A stretch of DNA of 64,000 nucleotides from contig NC_043002.1 of assembly GCF_006345805.1 (NCBI RefSeq), forward strand, positions 35,216,001 through 35,280,000, written 5' to 3'. Each line of letters begins with the position of its first letter. Within the stretch, counting starts at the first letter, position 1. This document shows positions 50,325-62,300 of this stretch, in pieces. The DNA comes from Octopus sinensis (taxonomy: Eukaryota). The notes under the pieces are model-generated. The model made no database searches. It was not told where the DNA came from and worked only from the letters and a program-made list of their open reading frames with translations. The position numbers and the translations under genes were made by a program.

Positions 50325-51307
50325 CATATATATATTCCTTGCTTCTACCTTGTTCTCCACCTCCAGTCATGTGATATTAGTCAATAATTTCTCCTCTACC
50401 CACAACTATATATAGAAATGTACTTAGTTCTGTTGTTGTTGTTGTTATTTAGCTCCAGATCAGCTCCACAACTCAGTGGACTTGAAGTCATTTGGGCCAT
50501 GACAGTTCCATTACTTTGTATCTCAGAGTTCACATACTGAATTTTGAGATTTAGGGGTGTGATTTGAGTGTTATATGTCTACTGTTTCTGGCTTGTCATG
50601 TGACCTCAGAGGCTCTCTTAGATGTAGCAACAAATGCGTGGGTTTGTATGTCTGTACTTGTATATATGCATATATGTATGTGTTTGTGTGTGTGTGTGTG
50701 TGTGTGGTGTGTGTGTGTGTGTGTGTGTGTGTGCATATGTGTATGTGTCTTAAGTGTACGCATATAAAAAAAAGTGAGGATTAAAATATAGATTTGTAAG
50801 TTAATTTGAAACATGTTCCTTACACTCCTAAATAGAATGGCAGCGCTGTAGGATTTTGTCTCAAAGAACAATTTTCCTAAGAGACTTTGTGTATTAAAAG
50901 CACATGTGTTTTAAACAGTGAGTGCTGTTCCACAATCAAGTGTACAGAAATGGGTTACAGTCAAATGTACACATCTAGCTGTGGTTAAGAAGCTGGTTTC
51001 TCACTCATGTGGTTCTGAGTTCAGTCCCACTGCTTTGCCCTGTATGCGAGTGTCTTCAACTACAACCCCTGGTTTGTCAGTTTTGGTAGATGGAAATTGA
51101 AAGAAGCCTGTTGTATATTTGTGTACATTATTTATATATATAAGAATGTATGTGTGTGTATGTATTTGAGTATACCATTGTCTTGACATCATGTGATGCT
51201 GGTATGCACAATCATACATGCAGTGTTGCTAATTTCCAGTCTTCCATGAAAAACATATCTGGCCTTGTGAGTGGATTTGGTAGAGGGAAACTGAAAGAAG
51301 CCCATCG

Positions 51308-51348
<41 letters not shown>

Positions 51349-51882
51349 AATTAATAAATAAAATAAAACATGCATATATCATCATCATCGTCGTTTAGCG
51401 TCCGTTTTCCATGCTAGCATGGGTTGATACATATATGTATGTACCTATCTCTGCATGTATAAATACATGCATATATGGGTACAGGACACCAAAAAAACGT
51501 TGAACACAATGAGAAACGAAAACATAAATACAAAACCAAGGAAATGGACATTTTTCTTAGACAACGAAAAAATAGAATACAGGACATACAATACAAGGAA
51601 AACTCCCCTTCTTCAGTCGCCTTTGTTTCATCTACTCCACATATATATATACACACACACATACATATATGTTTGTGTGTCTGTGTTTGTCCCCTCACCA
51701 TTGCTTGACAACTGATGCTGGTGTGTTTATGTCCCTGTAACTTAGTAGTTCAGCAAAACAGACCAATAGAATAAGTACTAGGCTTACAAATAATAAGCTC
51801 TGGAGTCGATTTGTTCAACTAAAGGTGGTGCTCAAGCATGGCTAGAGTCAAATGACTGCAACAAATACAAGAGATAAATGAG

Positions 51883-52269
51883 ATGTTTATGGATATAAAA
51901 TAGTCTGACTTACAGAATATAAATGATATCAGGAGTTAAATGAATAGTTTTATGAGTCCAACAGCTGTTTCAGAGGGCTTGATGGTCTGGAATAATACCG
52001 TCTCCATCTTCAGGGGAGAATTTTACACTGGAGAATTTTACATTTGAGGTATTGACAGGATGGAGTTTGAAGATCTCCATCCTGTCAGCACCTCAAATGT
52101 AAAATTCTTCCCTGAAGACAGAGGTGATGTTATCCGATAATGGATCCAAGTAACTATCATTATTCCAGACCATCAAGACCCCAGAAACAACTGTTGGACT
52201 CATAAAAATTTACCTATTTAACTGATATCATTTATATTCTGTAAGTTAGACTATTTTATATCCATACAT
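51883..52269. repeat. About 390-bp fold-back palindrome with a hammerhead-like core in each arm
   Basis: Arms pair around a 9-nt loop (52066-52074). CTGAAGA...GAAA-CA(G/A)CTG-TT-GGA occurs on minus (52013 to 51956) and on plus (52112 to 52198). Confidence 0.9.
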
Positions 52270-52429
52270 ATGTACATTTTGTCTATTAAATGTAAATAAT
52301 ATTCTGCGTAAATCGACTTGTCTAGCTTGCTTCTCATTACATTTACCCATCTACTGGCTCAAGTTCAAATCTCTTGAGCAATTCAAAGTGTATTCTACAT
52401 ACAGAACACATGTCTCTAACCTATAAACT

Positions 52430-52483
52430 ATATATATATATATATATTATATATATATATATATTATATATATATACACACAC

Positions 52484-52514
<31 letters not shown>

Positions 52515-52806
52515 TATACATATATATACATATATATACAGATATACATATACATATATTACAGATATACATATACATATATATATATATATATATACAC
52601 ATATATATATACATATATATACAGATATACATATACATATATATATATATACATATATACATATACATATATATATATATATATAATATACATACAGATA
52701 TACATATACATATATATATATATACATATACTATATATATATAATATATACACACATTATATATATACATATATATACAGATATACATATACATATATAT
52801 ATATAT

Positions 52807-52846
<40 letters not shown>

Positions 52847-52882
52847 CATACAGATATACATATACATATATATATAATATAT

Positions 52883-52919
<37 letters not shown>

Positions 52920-53244
52920 GATATATATATATATATGCCAGCTCTGTCTGGCACCTGTGCAGGTGGCACGTAAAAAGCACCCACTACACTCACGGAGTGG
53001 TTGGCATTAGGAAGGGCATCCAGCCGTAGAAACACTGCCAGATCTGACTGGGCCTGACGAAGCCTTCCAGCTTCACAGACCCCAGCTGAACCGTCCAACC
53101 CATGCTAGCATGGAGAGCGGACGCTAAATGATGATGATGATATATATACACACACATATACATATACATATATATATATATACATATACATACATATATA
53201 TAATATATACACACACACACATATATATATATACACACACACAC

Positions 53245-53281
<37 letters not shown>

Positions 53282-53283
53282 TC

Positions 53284-53316
<33 letters not shown>

Positions 53317-53411
53317 CATATATATATATACATATATACATATACATATATATATATACATATATATACATATATATATATATATTATATATATTATATA
53401 TATACAATATA

Positions 53412-53447
<36 letters not shown>

Positions 53448-53522
53448 ATATACATATATATATATATATATATATACAATATATATATAGATATATATAT
53501 ATATATATATAGATATATATAT

Positions 53523-53564
<42 letters not shown>

Positions 53565-53620
53565 TGTGTGTGTGTGTAAAGCAGATTATACACACACTCA
53601 CACACATACACATACATATA
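52430..53620. repeat. Compound (TA)n/(CA)n tracts interrupted by an RTE 3'-UTR copy (52937-53140)
   Basis: Visible directly. Confidence 0.93.
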
Positions 53621-54359
53621 TATGTATATATATTAGAAGGTTTGGAGGTGATGTACAGGTATTATATGGTAGAAAAAATAAGGTACTCAGAATTCTGGAT
53701 GGTTGTACATTTACAGATTTTTATTAATACGTTACATGTTTTTATAAATCATATATTAACGCTTGCATCTACTCTAGTAGAATCTCCAGATATGTATGTA
53801 TGTGTGTGTGTGTGTGAGTGTGTGTGAGTGTGTGTGTGTGTGTATAATCTGCTTTACACACACACACACACACAATATTACCAAGAGTGATAGACAAACA
53901 GAAAGACCAAAGTCCCTATGTGTTGTAAGAGACGATGAAAAAGTTGATAACAAGAAGGGCATATGGTCATAAAAAGCTGCTTCAGATAACTCATGAAACC
54001 CACGCCAGTATAGAAAAGCAGTAAAAACAATGATGATGATGTGTATGTAAATGTGTGCACATATCACTATCATCAGCATCGTGTGTGTGTGTGTGTGTGT
54101 AAGTACACTACTACAGCTGTCACTCTGAAGTAAGTATGTCTTCATAATAGCATGAATTATGCTTTGCTAATTTGATTTAGGTGTCTATTTACTTACAATT
54201 AGAAACAAACACCCTCTTTGCCTACCAACTCTTGACCCAGCAGAATCTTCAGTATGTGATAGCCAGAGGGAGACAGATGCACCAGCACTTGGCTGATATA
54301 TTTTTTTTAAACAACCTCAAAAGAATGAAAGCAAAGCGAATTTCTGCAGGATTTAAACT

Positions 54360-54631
54360 AAGAGTGCAGAGTACCAGAGTACCAGCTTCGACTGCAGAGT
54401 TTCCTATTTTGTACTCATAAAGCATTATGTGCCTCAAATGCTCTTTGGATACTTCCATGTTAGAAAGGGTTTTAATCAATTCTATTATTCTGTAAAATAA
54501 TATTTAATTAGTTTAAATGTACACAAATGCATAAAAATAATTTTTAATTCCATTAGACATTCTAAAGTACTATTAAATTTCATTCAATTTTAAAAAAGGT
54601 AAAATCGGACAGAACTTATGGGATGACCTGA
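54360..54631 (-). mobile_element. Mariner 5' fragment (second family)
   Basis: TA|TCAGGTCATCCCATAAGTTCTGTCCG TIR, then MEVSKEHLRHIMLYEYKIGNSAVEA; truncated. Confidence 0.8.
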
Positions 54632-55437
54632 TAGATATGTTTTCACAGAAGATTGTAGATGAAAGACACCACTTGCATGATGGTGACTCACTCACACACG
54701 CCCCCCCACACACACACACATGCACACACACACGTCACCAGTTGCTTGTTGTGTGAGCTGAGCTGGTCAATGAAGATATATTTTGTTGGCTGCATGAATA
54801 ATAAGTGAAGCCAACCTGCAAACAATTAACTGAGTATTTATTACCAGACATAAAAGACATTGTTGGCTATTTACAATGACCAACAAATATTTGTTGACTG
54901 GGAGACAGACTGCTAAATTATAGAAAGCTATCTATATGACAACATGCAGTTGCTCCAAAATATACAAAATCAACAGTGCAAATCACTGTGGTGACCTAGG
55001 CCTTGGCTGTCTGTGCTCTAAACTGCATATCGAACAGTTTTTATCGGAGACTGTAAGCCAAATTTTAGAACATTTGAGAAAACCATGTCATGCCACAGTC
55101 TCATGCTAACTGGTTGATTAATGGACCAATAATGTGAAACTATGGTGGTTTGCTCGTGGTGGCTGATCAATTATCTACTGGTTGAGAATTTGAATCCCTG
55201 CTACACACACACACATGCACACACACACAATGGGCTTCTTTCAGTTTCTATCTTCAAAATCCACTCACAAGGTTATAATAAAAGACACTTGCCCAAGGCA
55301 GCCATGCAGTGGAACTGATCCTGAACCTGAAACTATGTGGTTGGGAAGCAAACTTCATACACCTCACACCCATGCCTGTGCCTCACAGACACACCTACTT
55401 TTGCATGTATATAGCTGTGTATATGTGAGTAAATACA

Positions 55438-55472
<35 letters not shown>

Positions 55473-55559
55473 ATTATCTTTATTCTGTCTTTTACTTGTT
55501 TTTGTCATAACACTGTATCCATAGAGGGATGCCACCTTCAATAATTTTAGTCAAATGAA

Positions 55560-55835
55560 TCAAGGTAGCCTTACAATTGTTTCAGGGATATAAAAGATAT
55601 CCCATCATCAGAGACGATATGAGAGAGTTAAATAGAAGGAAATAGTAGAGTTCAATATAAGAAGTTATTTCAGAAATGGAAGGACACAGGAAGTTTAAAG
55701 GAAAATATGAGAATAAAAATATATTTTGGATGTTGAAGTTGCTTCTTATATTGAACTCTACTATTTCCTTCTAGTAAATGTCTTTTTATAAATGTTCTTA
55801 AAAGTTCACACTGCCTTGGCTTTGTTGTCTTATTT
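55560..55835. mobile_element. Penelope-type pseudo-LTR remnant with internal inversion
   Basis: Perfect 32-bp inverted repeat (55633-55664 / 55742-55773); homologous to 57870-58075. Confidence 0.6.
55568..55615 (-). ncRNA. Minimal type I hammerhead ribozyme motif
   Basis: Minus strand: GTCT-CTGATGA-T-GGGATAT CTTTT ATATCCC-T-GAAA-CAATTG-TA-AGGC. Helix II 7 bp, palindromic helix III ACAAUUGU, GUA site, helix I 4 bp. Confidence 0.75.
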
Positions 55836-56058
55836 TATTTAACACACACACAAACACACACACATGCACACACACGCACACACAAACACACAACAGGCTT
55901 CTTTTAGTTTCTGAGTACCAAATCACTTACAAGGCTTTGGTCTACCTGAGACTATAATAGAAGAGATTTGTCCAAGGTGCCAAGCAGTGGAACTGAACCC
56001 AGAACCATGTGGTTAGGAAGCAAACTTCTTAATATGCAGCCATGCCTGCACCTATACA

Positions 56059-56128
<70 letters not shown>

Positions 56129-57959
56129 GAATATTATATCAGTGCTTTTGTGTCTGCACATGCACATGTATATATGTGTGCATAAATATATGAAGAAGTT
56201 TATACATCCAATCCATCATTTCAGCACTCCCTTCCACACCTCATGTCACAAGCTGCTATACATTTCTGCCCACCCAGTCTCTCACAATTTTGTCTTTAAT
56301 GTTCCTACCACTCCTTACAGAGTTTTATTTCTTGAGATACTTTACAGCTTGCCCACTCCTTACAAGTCTCATGTCTTTACTAGCTACCCCCATCATCCAT
56401 ATTTATAGTTTTCAGTATTTAGACATGTATTTTATAACAGTTTTCATTGTATGATCAGAAGCAGTGAACTGAAAGGAAAGAACTACAGTTGGTTCCAATT
56501 AATTACATAGTCTTAGTGATTGAAATTCTAGAGTATGCAATTAATTCCGTTCACACAGCAGACAATAAATTATGATATTTTTTATATGTTTATCAGTTGT
56601 AACATATTGTGACTAGCTTACATATTCCTGGGGAAGGCACTGAACTGCCTCCAATGATAAGGCTTCAACTTAGAAATTCAGGTATTTTGGGGAGTATTGA
56701 GTTAACTCATAGTCACCACTACTTTTAAGTTCTCTCTAGCCCAGGATGGCAGGACCTATTAAGAGACCCACTAATCAATCAAATAGCAGAAGATGGTCCT
56801 CTGGCTAAAGAAACAGGACTCAGTGGAGGGTTCGTCATTAGAAATGTGTCACACAAATGGGCTAGTGTGACATTCCTTGATATCATAAGAATTAGTCCTC
56901 CAGTCTAGAGGTTAAATAGGTTCTGCACTTTAGTTGTAAGCTTAGGAGAGCAAGAGAATAGTGAGTAAACTGTAAATAAACCAGTAAAAGCCAAGAGGAA
57001 ATCTCTGCTAAATCTTGCCTGAGAAAAATTGTGGATCTTCAGACACTGGCCTGAAGGTTCATAATTGCTAACACCTATAGACATGATGTGTGTGTATGTA
57101 TATATATATATATATATATATAAATACACACACACACACATATGGGTTATATTATGGAATACTTTTGTTACTTACAATATACTTTATGTACACATAAGAC
57201 TTATGGTCCACCCAGTCCATATTTTTTTTTCTTTCTTAGACAAATATTTAACTTATTCTTTTATGATACTTCTCAATTCCCTTCTATAATATTACCCAAG
57301 TTTAGCTCATATATATGTATAATATGAGAGGTTTTGGTATCCAGAAATGGCAGGTAAAGCTATGTAAGTGCCGCAGTTAGTAGGCTATGTAAGTGCTATG
57401 GAAGGGCCGCAGTTTGATAATAGCATCAGCGAGGAGTCTAACTCGGGTTGTGTGTACATGCCACTGTAACATCCAACATATATTTTTATTTTTAGTAGGG
57501 TGCTAAGAGCACCATCCGAGCGTGATCGTTGCCAGAGCGGCTAACTGGCTTCCGTGATGGTGGCATGTAGGAGGCACCATTCGAGCGGGATCATTACTAG
57601 CATCACCTTACTGGCACCTGTGCCATTGGCATGTGTAAAAAAAATTCAAGAGAGGTCGTTGCCAGTACCGGCTGACTGGCCCTCGTGCCGGTGGCACGTA
57701 AAAGCACTCACTACACTCTCGGAGTGGTTGGCATTAGGAAGGGCATCCAGCTGTAGAAACTCTGCCAGATCAAGACTGGAGCCTGGTGCAGCTTTCTGGT
57801 TCACCAACCCACAGTCAAACCATCCAACCCATGCTAGAATGGAAAGCCGACGTTAAACGACGATGATGAATTCTCTTTATACTTTCTAAATCTCTCCCTT
57901 TCCACAATAACTTCTTATATTGAATTCTACTATTTCCTTCTATTTAACTCTCTCCTATC

Positions 57960-58007
57960 ATCTCTGATGATGAGATATCCTTTATACTTTTGAAACAGCT
58001 GTAAGAT
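57960..58007 (+). ncRNA. Minimal hammerhead motif, sister of 55568-55615, helix II decayed
   Basis: ATCT-CTGATGA-TGAGATATCCTTTATACTTTT-GAAA-CAGCTG-TA-AGAT. Confidence 0.6.
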
Positions 58008-58153
58008 TACCTTTCTCTTTATAAATGTCCTAGAAATTTCACACTGCCTTGGCTTTCTTGTCTCATTTCATTTAACATACATACATACATACATACATAC
58101 ATACATACAGACAGACAGACAGACAGATAGATAGAGAGATAGATATATATATA

Positions 58154-59440
58154 CAAGGTGTCCCAGAAAGATTTAGCCATGTTAAAATCTCTTTCTAATG
58201 AATATTGGTTCAGGTAATATTATCAACATTTTATATAAAGATTTGTATATGTCTTTTGTTCATGTGTCTATTGTTTTATTCATCTATAACAGGTTTGTAA
58301 ACAAACATGGCATCAAAAGCAAAACATGACTAGATTGTCACTTTGAAAACAGCTGGAGTGAGAAACAAGCACATAACAAAACAGCTGAGTGTATGCTGTA
58401 AAACAGCATTTAATGCCTGGAAACAGTAACAGAGTCCACTACTACTTCTAGCAAGCCAATTCCTGGTAGGAAATTATTAATTTGTACCAAGCAAACAGTT
58501 GAAGCTGTGAAGAAGTGAACGAGCTGAAATCCCTGCAGGAGTGCAAGAAAAACTGCAAAAGCTCTTGATATTTCAAAATTGTCAATGCACAGGATTTTTA
58601 AAGAGGATTTAAAGCTAACTGCATGCAAGAAATAATCCTGGCAGTTAATTTCAGCAGCTTCCAAGAAGAAATGGCTCGACAGGAGTAAAATCATGTTAGT
58701 TGAGATGAAACACATTGCTAACAAAGCGTTGATCTGGTCCAATGAGAAGATCTTCACTGTGGAGGCAGTTACCAACAGGCAGAATGACAGGCTTTATGCA
58801 CATAATGCAGGAAACTTACCCAAAGGTAGCAGGAGTCATTTACACTGTCAGAAGCCAGCTTCACTCATGGTGTGGGTTGCAGTTGCATCTGATGAGTCCA
58901 AGTCTCCTTTGATCTTCATCAATGCTTGTATCAAGGTCAACAGTGAAGTTCATGTGGAAATGTCGGCTGAGAAAGTGTTAGCCTGGGTTACAGAAACCTT
59001 TGGTGACTGTTACATCTTCACTCAAGACAGGGCTCAGGCACACACATCCAATTTGACACAGAGGTGGTGCAAAGAGTATTTCAGTGGATTTTGGAACAAG
59101 ACCTCCTTCAAGTCCAGACCAATCCCATGGACTTTGTTATCTGATCCCTCTTAGAGAGTAATGTTTCTGCTCACTCCTATCTAAATGTGTCAGATCTGAA
59201 GAAAGCCCTTCTGCCTTCATGAGACAAGCTAGATGAATAGGTGATGTGGTGCTCATGCAACTCGGTGACCACTCATTTGCAGGCTATGATCAAAGCAAAA
59301 GGTGGTCATTTTGAAATGTAATTACTGCAATGGACTGACAATTAACATTAGAACGTGTGTGCCAAATTTCATTATCATACCTAAAGTTTATTTTGAATAA
59401 TTAAGAAATACCAATGGGTAAATCTTTCTGGGACAACCTG
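58154..59440 (+). mobile_element. Full-length (1287 bp) DD37D / maT-type Tc1-mariner element, decayed transposase
   Basis: 27-bp TIRs CA(A/G)G(G/T)TGTCCCAGAAAGATTTA(G/C)CCAT with TA TSD on both sides. Motifs LIWSNEKIFTVE, MVWVAV and FTQDRAQAHTS, and a frameshifted SPD.NPMDF about 37 residues after the second Asp. Confidence 0.88.
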
Positions 59441-61089
59441 TATACATCACAATAATGATTTTTTACTACATAATTTGAATTATTCAATGATAATAACTAA
59501 GGTTATGTAGAGTAAGAAAATTTTATTTAAGTTAATCACAAGCTAATATAATTAATAATATCAATAACAAAATAATGTCCATTTCCCATTTGATTTAAAA
59601 CTGTTTCTTTATAAGTTTTAGGCTACAGTGGCTATTTAATTACTGATAATGTTACTGCACAATTAAAAATAAGATAAATTACACCAGGATCTGAGCTTTG
59701 ATAGTAAGAATAATATACTTCACTTTTTAGACATTAATTGATTGTAAACAAGAATTACTGACTATTACAATTTTAATTCATGGAAACAGAAGCTTCCAGA
59801 ACCATTTTCATCATATCAACTTCAATATACATGAAATATTATGCTACATTTCATTGATTTTTTTTTTTGTTAAAAACAATCATATGTAATTAACTGAAAT
59901 TGATATAATTTGCATATGTAATCAACCAATCAACTGATCAATTTTACATAGATTTGAATCAAAATAGTTTGGTGTTTTGAAAAGTTATGCAATTAAAACT
60001 AAATTATATAATTATATGATCTGCAATTAAGTAGAATTAATTTTAATAGATTTTACTACGGTATTTTTTTAGAATTCAAAATCTATATCAACACGGGATG
60101 CTATAAAAATATTTCAGAATTATTTGTTTCACAAGTATAATTCTCTAAAACAATATATAAATAAAATAGAAATATTAATTACCCACCTCACCCTGCAGCC
60201 AGAAAAATAAAATGATGAGGTAAAAAAGAGAAAAAAATTTTCTATTTATGAAAATAATGTTTATTTTAATAAACATACCAGCAGGAAATTCCATAACTTT
60301 TAAAAAATCTAAAGAGAAATTAGTTTTGAAATGAATTAAAGTCAGAACACATGACATAATAGTGGGAGGAGCCTCACTTTGCTCAACAAATCATTTCTTT
60401 CAGCTTTGCTTTGTAGGCTGTGCTTTTTCTATGAAATAGTTAAAAAAGTAGTGCCCCCCATCCCGCAAATAGACATACACACATTCACATAAATATTCTG
60501 AATCTCTTTTTCAAAACAATAAAATCATAATGCCACTTAAAATTGTTTTCTTTCTCATTCTTTTTTACACTCATGTCATTAATAACTTGTCAACACTATA
60601 ATTTCATATTTCTTAAAATTTTTTTTCTTGTAACACTCCAAAAGGGTGCTTTATATTCATTAATTTCTTTCCAAGAATGATTATTTTTAGAAGATAATAA
60701 CAAAATAATGGCATTCAAACAAAATACATTTTTAAAATTTGTACAACTAATCTTATTTCTAAAAATGAAGTACTTATCTCCATCAAAAAGTTAACTATAA
60801 TTATTTATAAACATAAACAATCAGCTTCAGAAGCACAAAGTAGTTGGAATGTTTCATTGTACTGATAACTAGAAATATATGCAAGAAAGCAAGAAAAGTT
60901 CTACATGCAGTTAAAGAAGACAACTTTAAACATCAATTCCATATTGTTATTTAGAGTATTATATTTTTGCATGAACGTTAAAATTCAGTCACTTTTCATT
61001 GAAGGTAAATTCAAAACTTATCCAGCATTCTATACAAAACTATTGACACTGAACTATATAATGTACTGACATTTAATTGTCTAATCAGA

Positions 61090-61505
61090 TGCAGGTATGG
61101 TTAGGCACAGACATGGCTGTATGGCTAAGAAATTTCTGGAACCAGATGGCTTCAGTTTCAGTCCCACTGCTTGGTACTTTGGGCAAGTATCTTCTACTAC
61201 AGCCAAAGCCTTATCAGAGGATATAGTACATGGAAACTGAAAAAAGTCTCTTACATGTGTGTGTTTGCATGTATTTGTGTCTCCCTCTCTTGACATCACA
61301 TGATAATTGTAAGCAAGTATCATCATTACACAATTCATTTCCAATATTTTATGAAAAGATGTCCAGCTATAGGAAAATATTACCTTGCTTGGATACAGAA
61401 GTTGGTGACAGGAAAGGCGTCCAGTCATAAAAAAAAGTTTACTTCAACACATTCCATTGGACCCATGAGATTGTGAGAATGTGGACATTAAAATGATAAT
61501 GACAA
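61090..61505 (+). mobile_element. Complete SINE family B copy
   Basis: tRNA-like head (ggcacagacatggctgtatggctaagaa...tcagtcccactg), central (GT)n, and an RTE-like tail gttggtgacaggaaaggcgtccag...gacattaaaatgataatga. Confidence 0.75.
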
Positions 61506-61599
61506 GTTTTCCAACATATTTTTATAATCTAGAAATTTAGATAATTGTCATTGTCATTTTCCATCCAATTTTCCACACTTGTATGGGTTGTACAGGTCT

Positions 61600-62300
61600 T
61601 CTTCAAATATCTTTCCTTTGTCATAATATTAGTCAGGTTCATCATCCTGAGATCATCTTTCTCTGCTTTTACCTATGTTTTCCTTTTCTGTGGTTCCTAC
61701 CACTTTGACCACTTGGCTAGCCAATTGTAATCCTCCATATATATCACATGTCTATAAAAGTGCAGGCTTGTTTCTTGCTCACTACATCTGATTCTTTTTA
61801 TACTAGATTTTTTTTCCTCGGTTTATTTGTATTCCATTATTTATGCATGCTGACAGATATCCTGAGGAACATGCTCATCTTGTTCCATGTTAGCCTTCAT
61901 TAATCCTTTGCATTTAGTGCCCATGTTTTGGTACCACGTAACATTACACTTCATAAATAAGCATCCTACAATCAGTCTATACTTCACTCAGAGAAAGAAC
62001 TTCCATTGTCTCAAAAATATTTTTATAGCTTATTTCTTTTTACTCTGGCTATGGTTTTGGAGCACTCATCTCCACTGATAATTAGGCCAGATAGGTAAGA
62101 GAAGCTACTGGCTACTTCTATTGGGCTTTCTGATCATCTGAAAGAATTTATACCAACAGTGCTCTTACTGCTAACTATACCTGTGCACTAACCATATATG
62201 AAGTCTTTCTTTGCTATTCCACTACACTTCTTATGTATCCATAGTTTACATTGGGTACACAATTCCAACCTAATTGTTTGTCAAATATTTTGTGGAAAAA
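61600..62300 (-). mobile_element. Old RTE LINE 3' relic
   Basis: Minus tgtacccaatgtaaactatggatacataagaagtgtag matches the Cys-finger DNA at 12550-12590, and the downstream part is collinear with 12860-12980. Confidence 0.75.

Noticed and set aside
51570-51622. Minus-strand CTGAAGA followed by a short stem
   Set aside because: GAAA is replaced by GTAT and helix I does not pair.
26501-53827. Dozens of long Tyr/Ile/His/Val/Cys-rich ORFs in the ORF track
   Set aside because: They are translations of (TA)n, (CA)n and (TG)n microsatellites, which lack stop codons in most frames.
54189-54300. GTAAGT donor on the minus strand as a candidate GALM exon 1 end
   Set aside because: No upstream frame resembles the GalM N-terminus.
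58889-58899. CTGATGAGTCC, a classic hammerhead start
   Set aside because: No matching GGAC-GAAA follows, and it lies within the maT transposase coding sequence.
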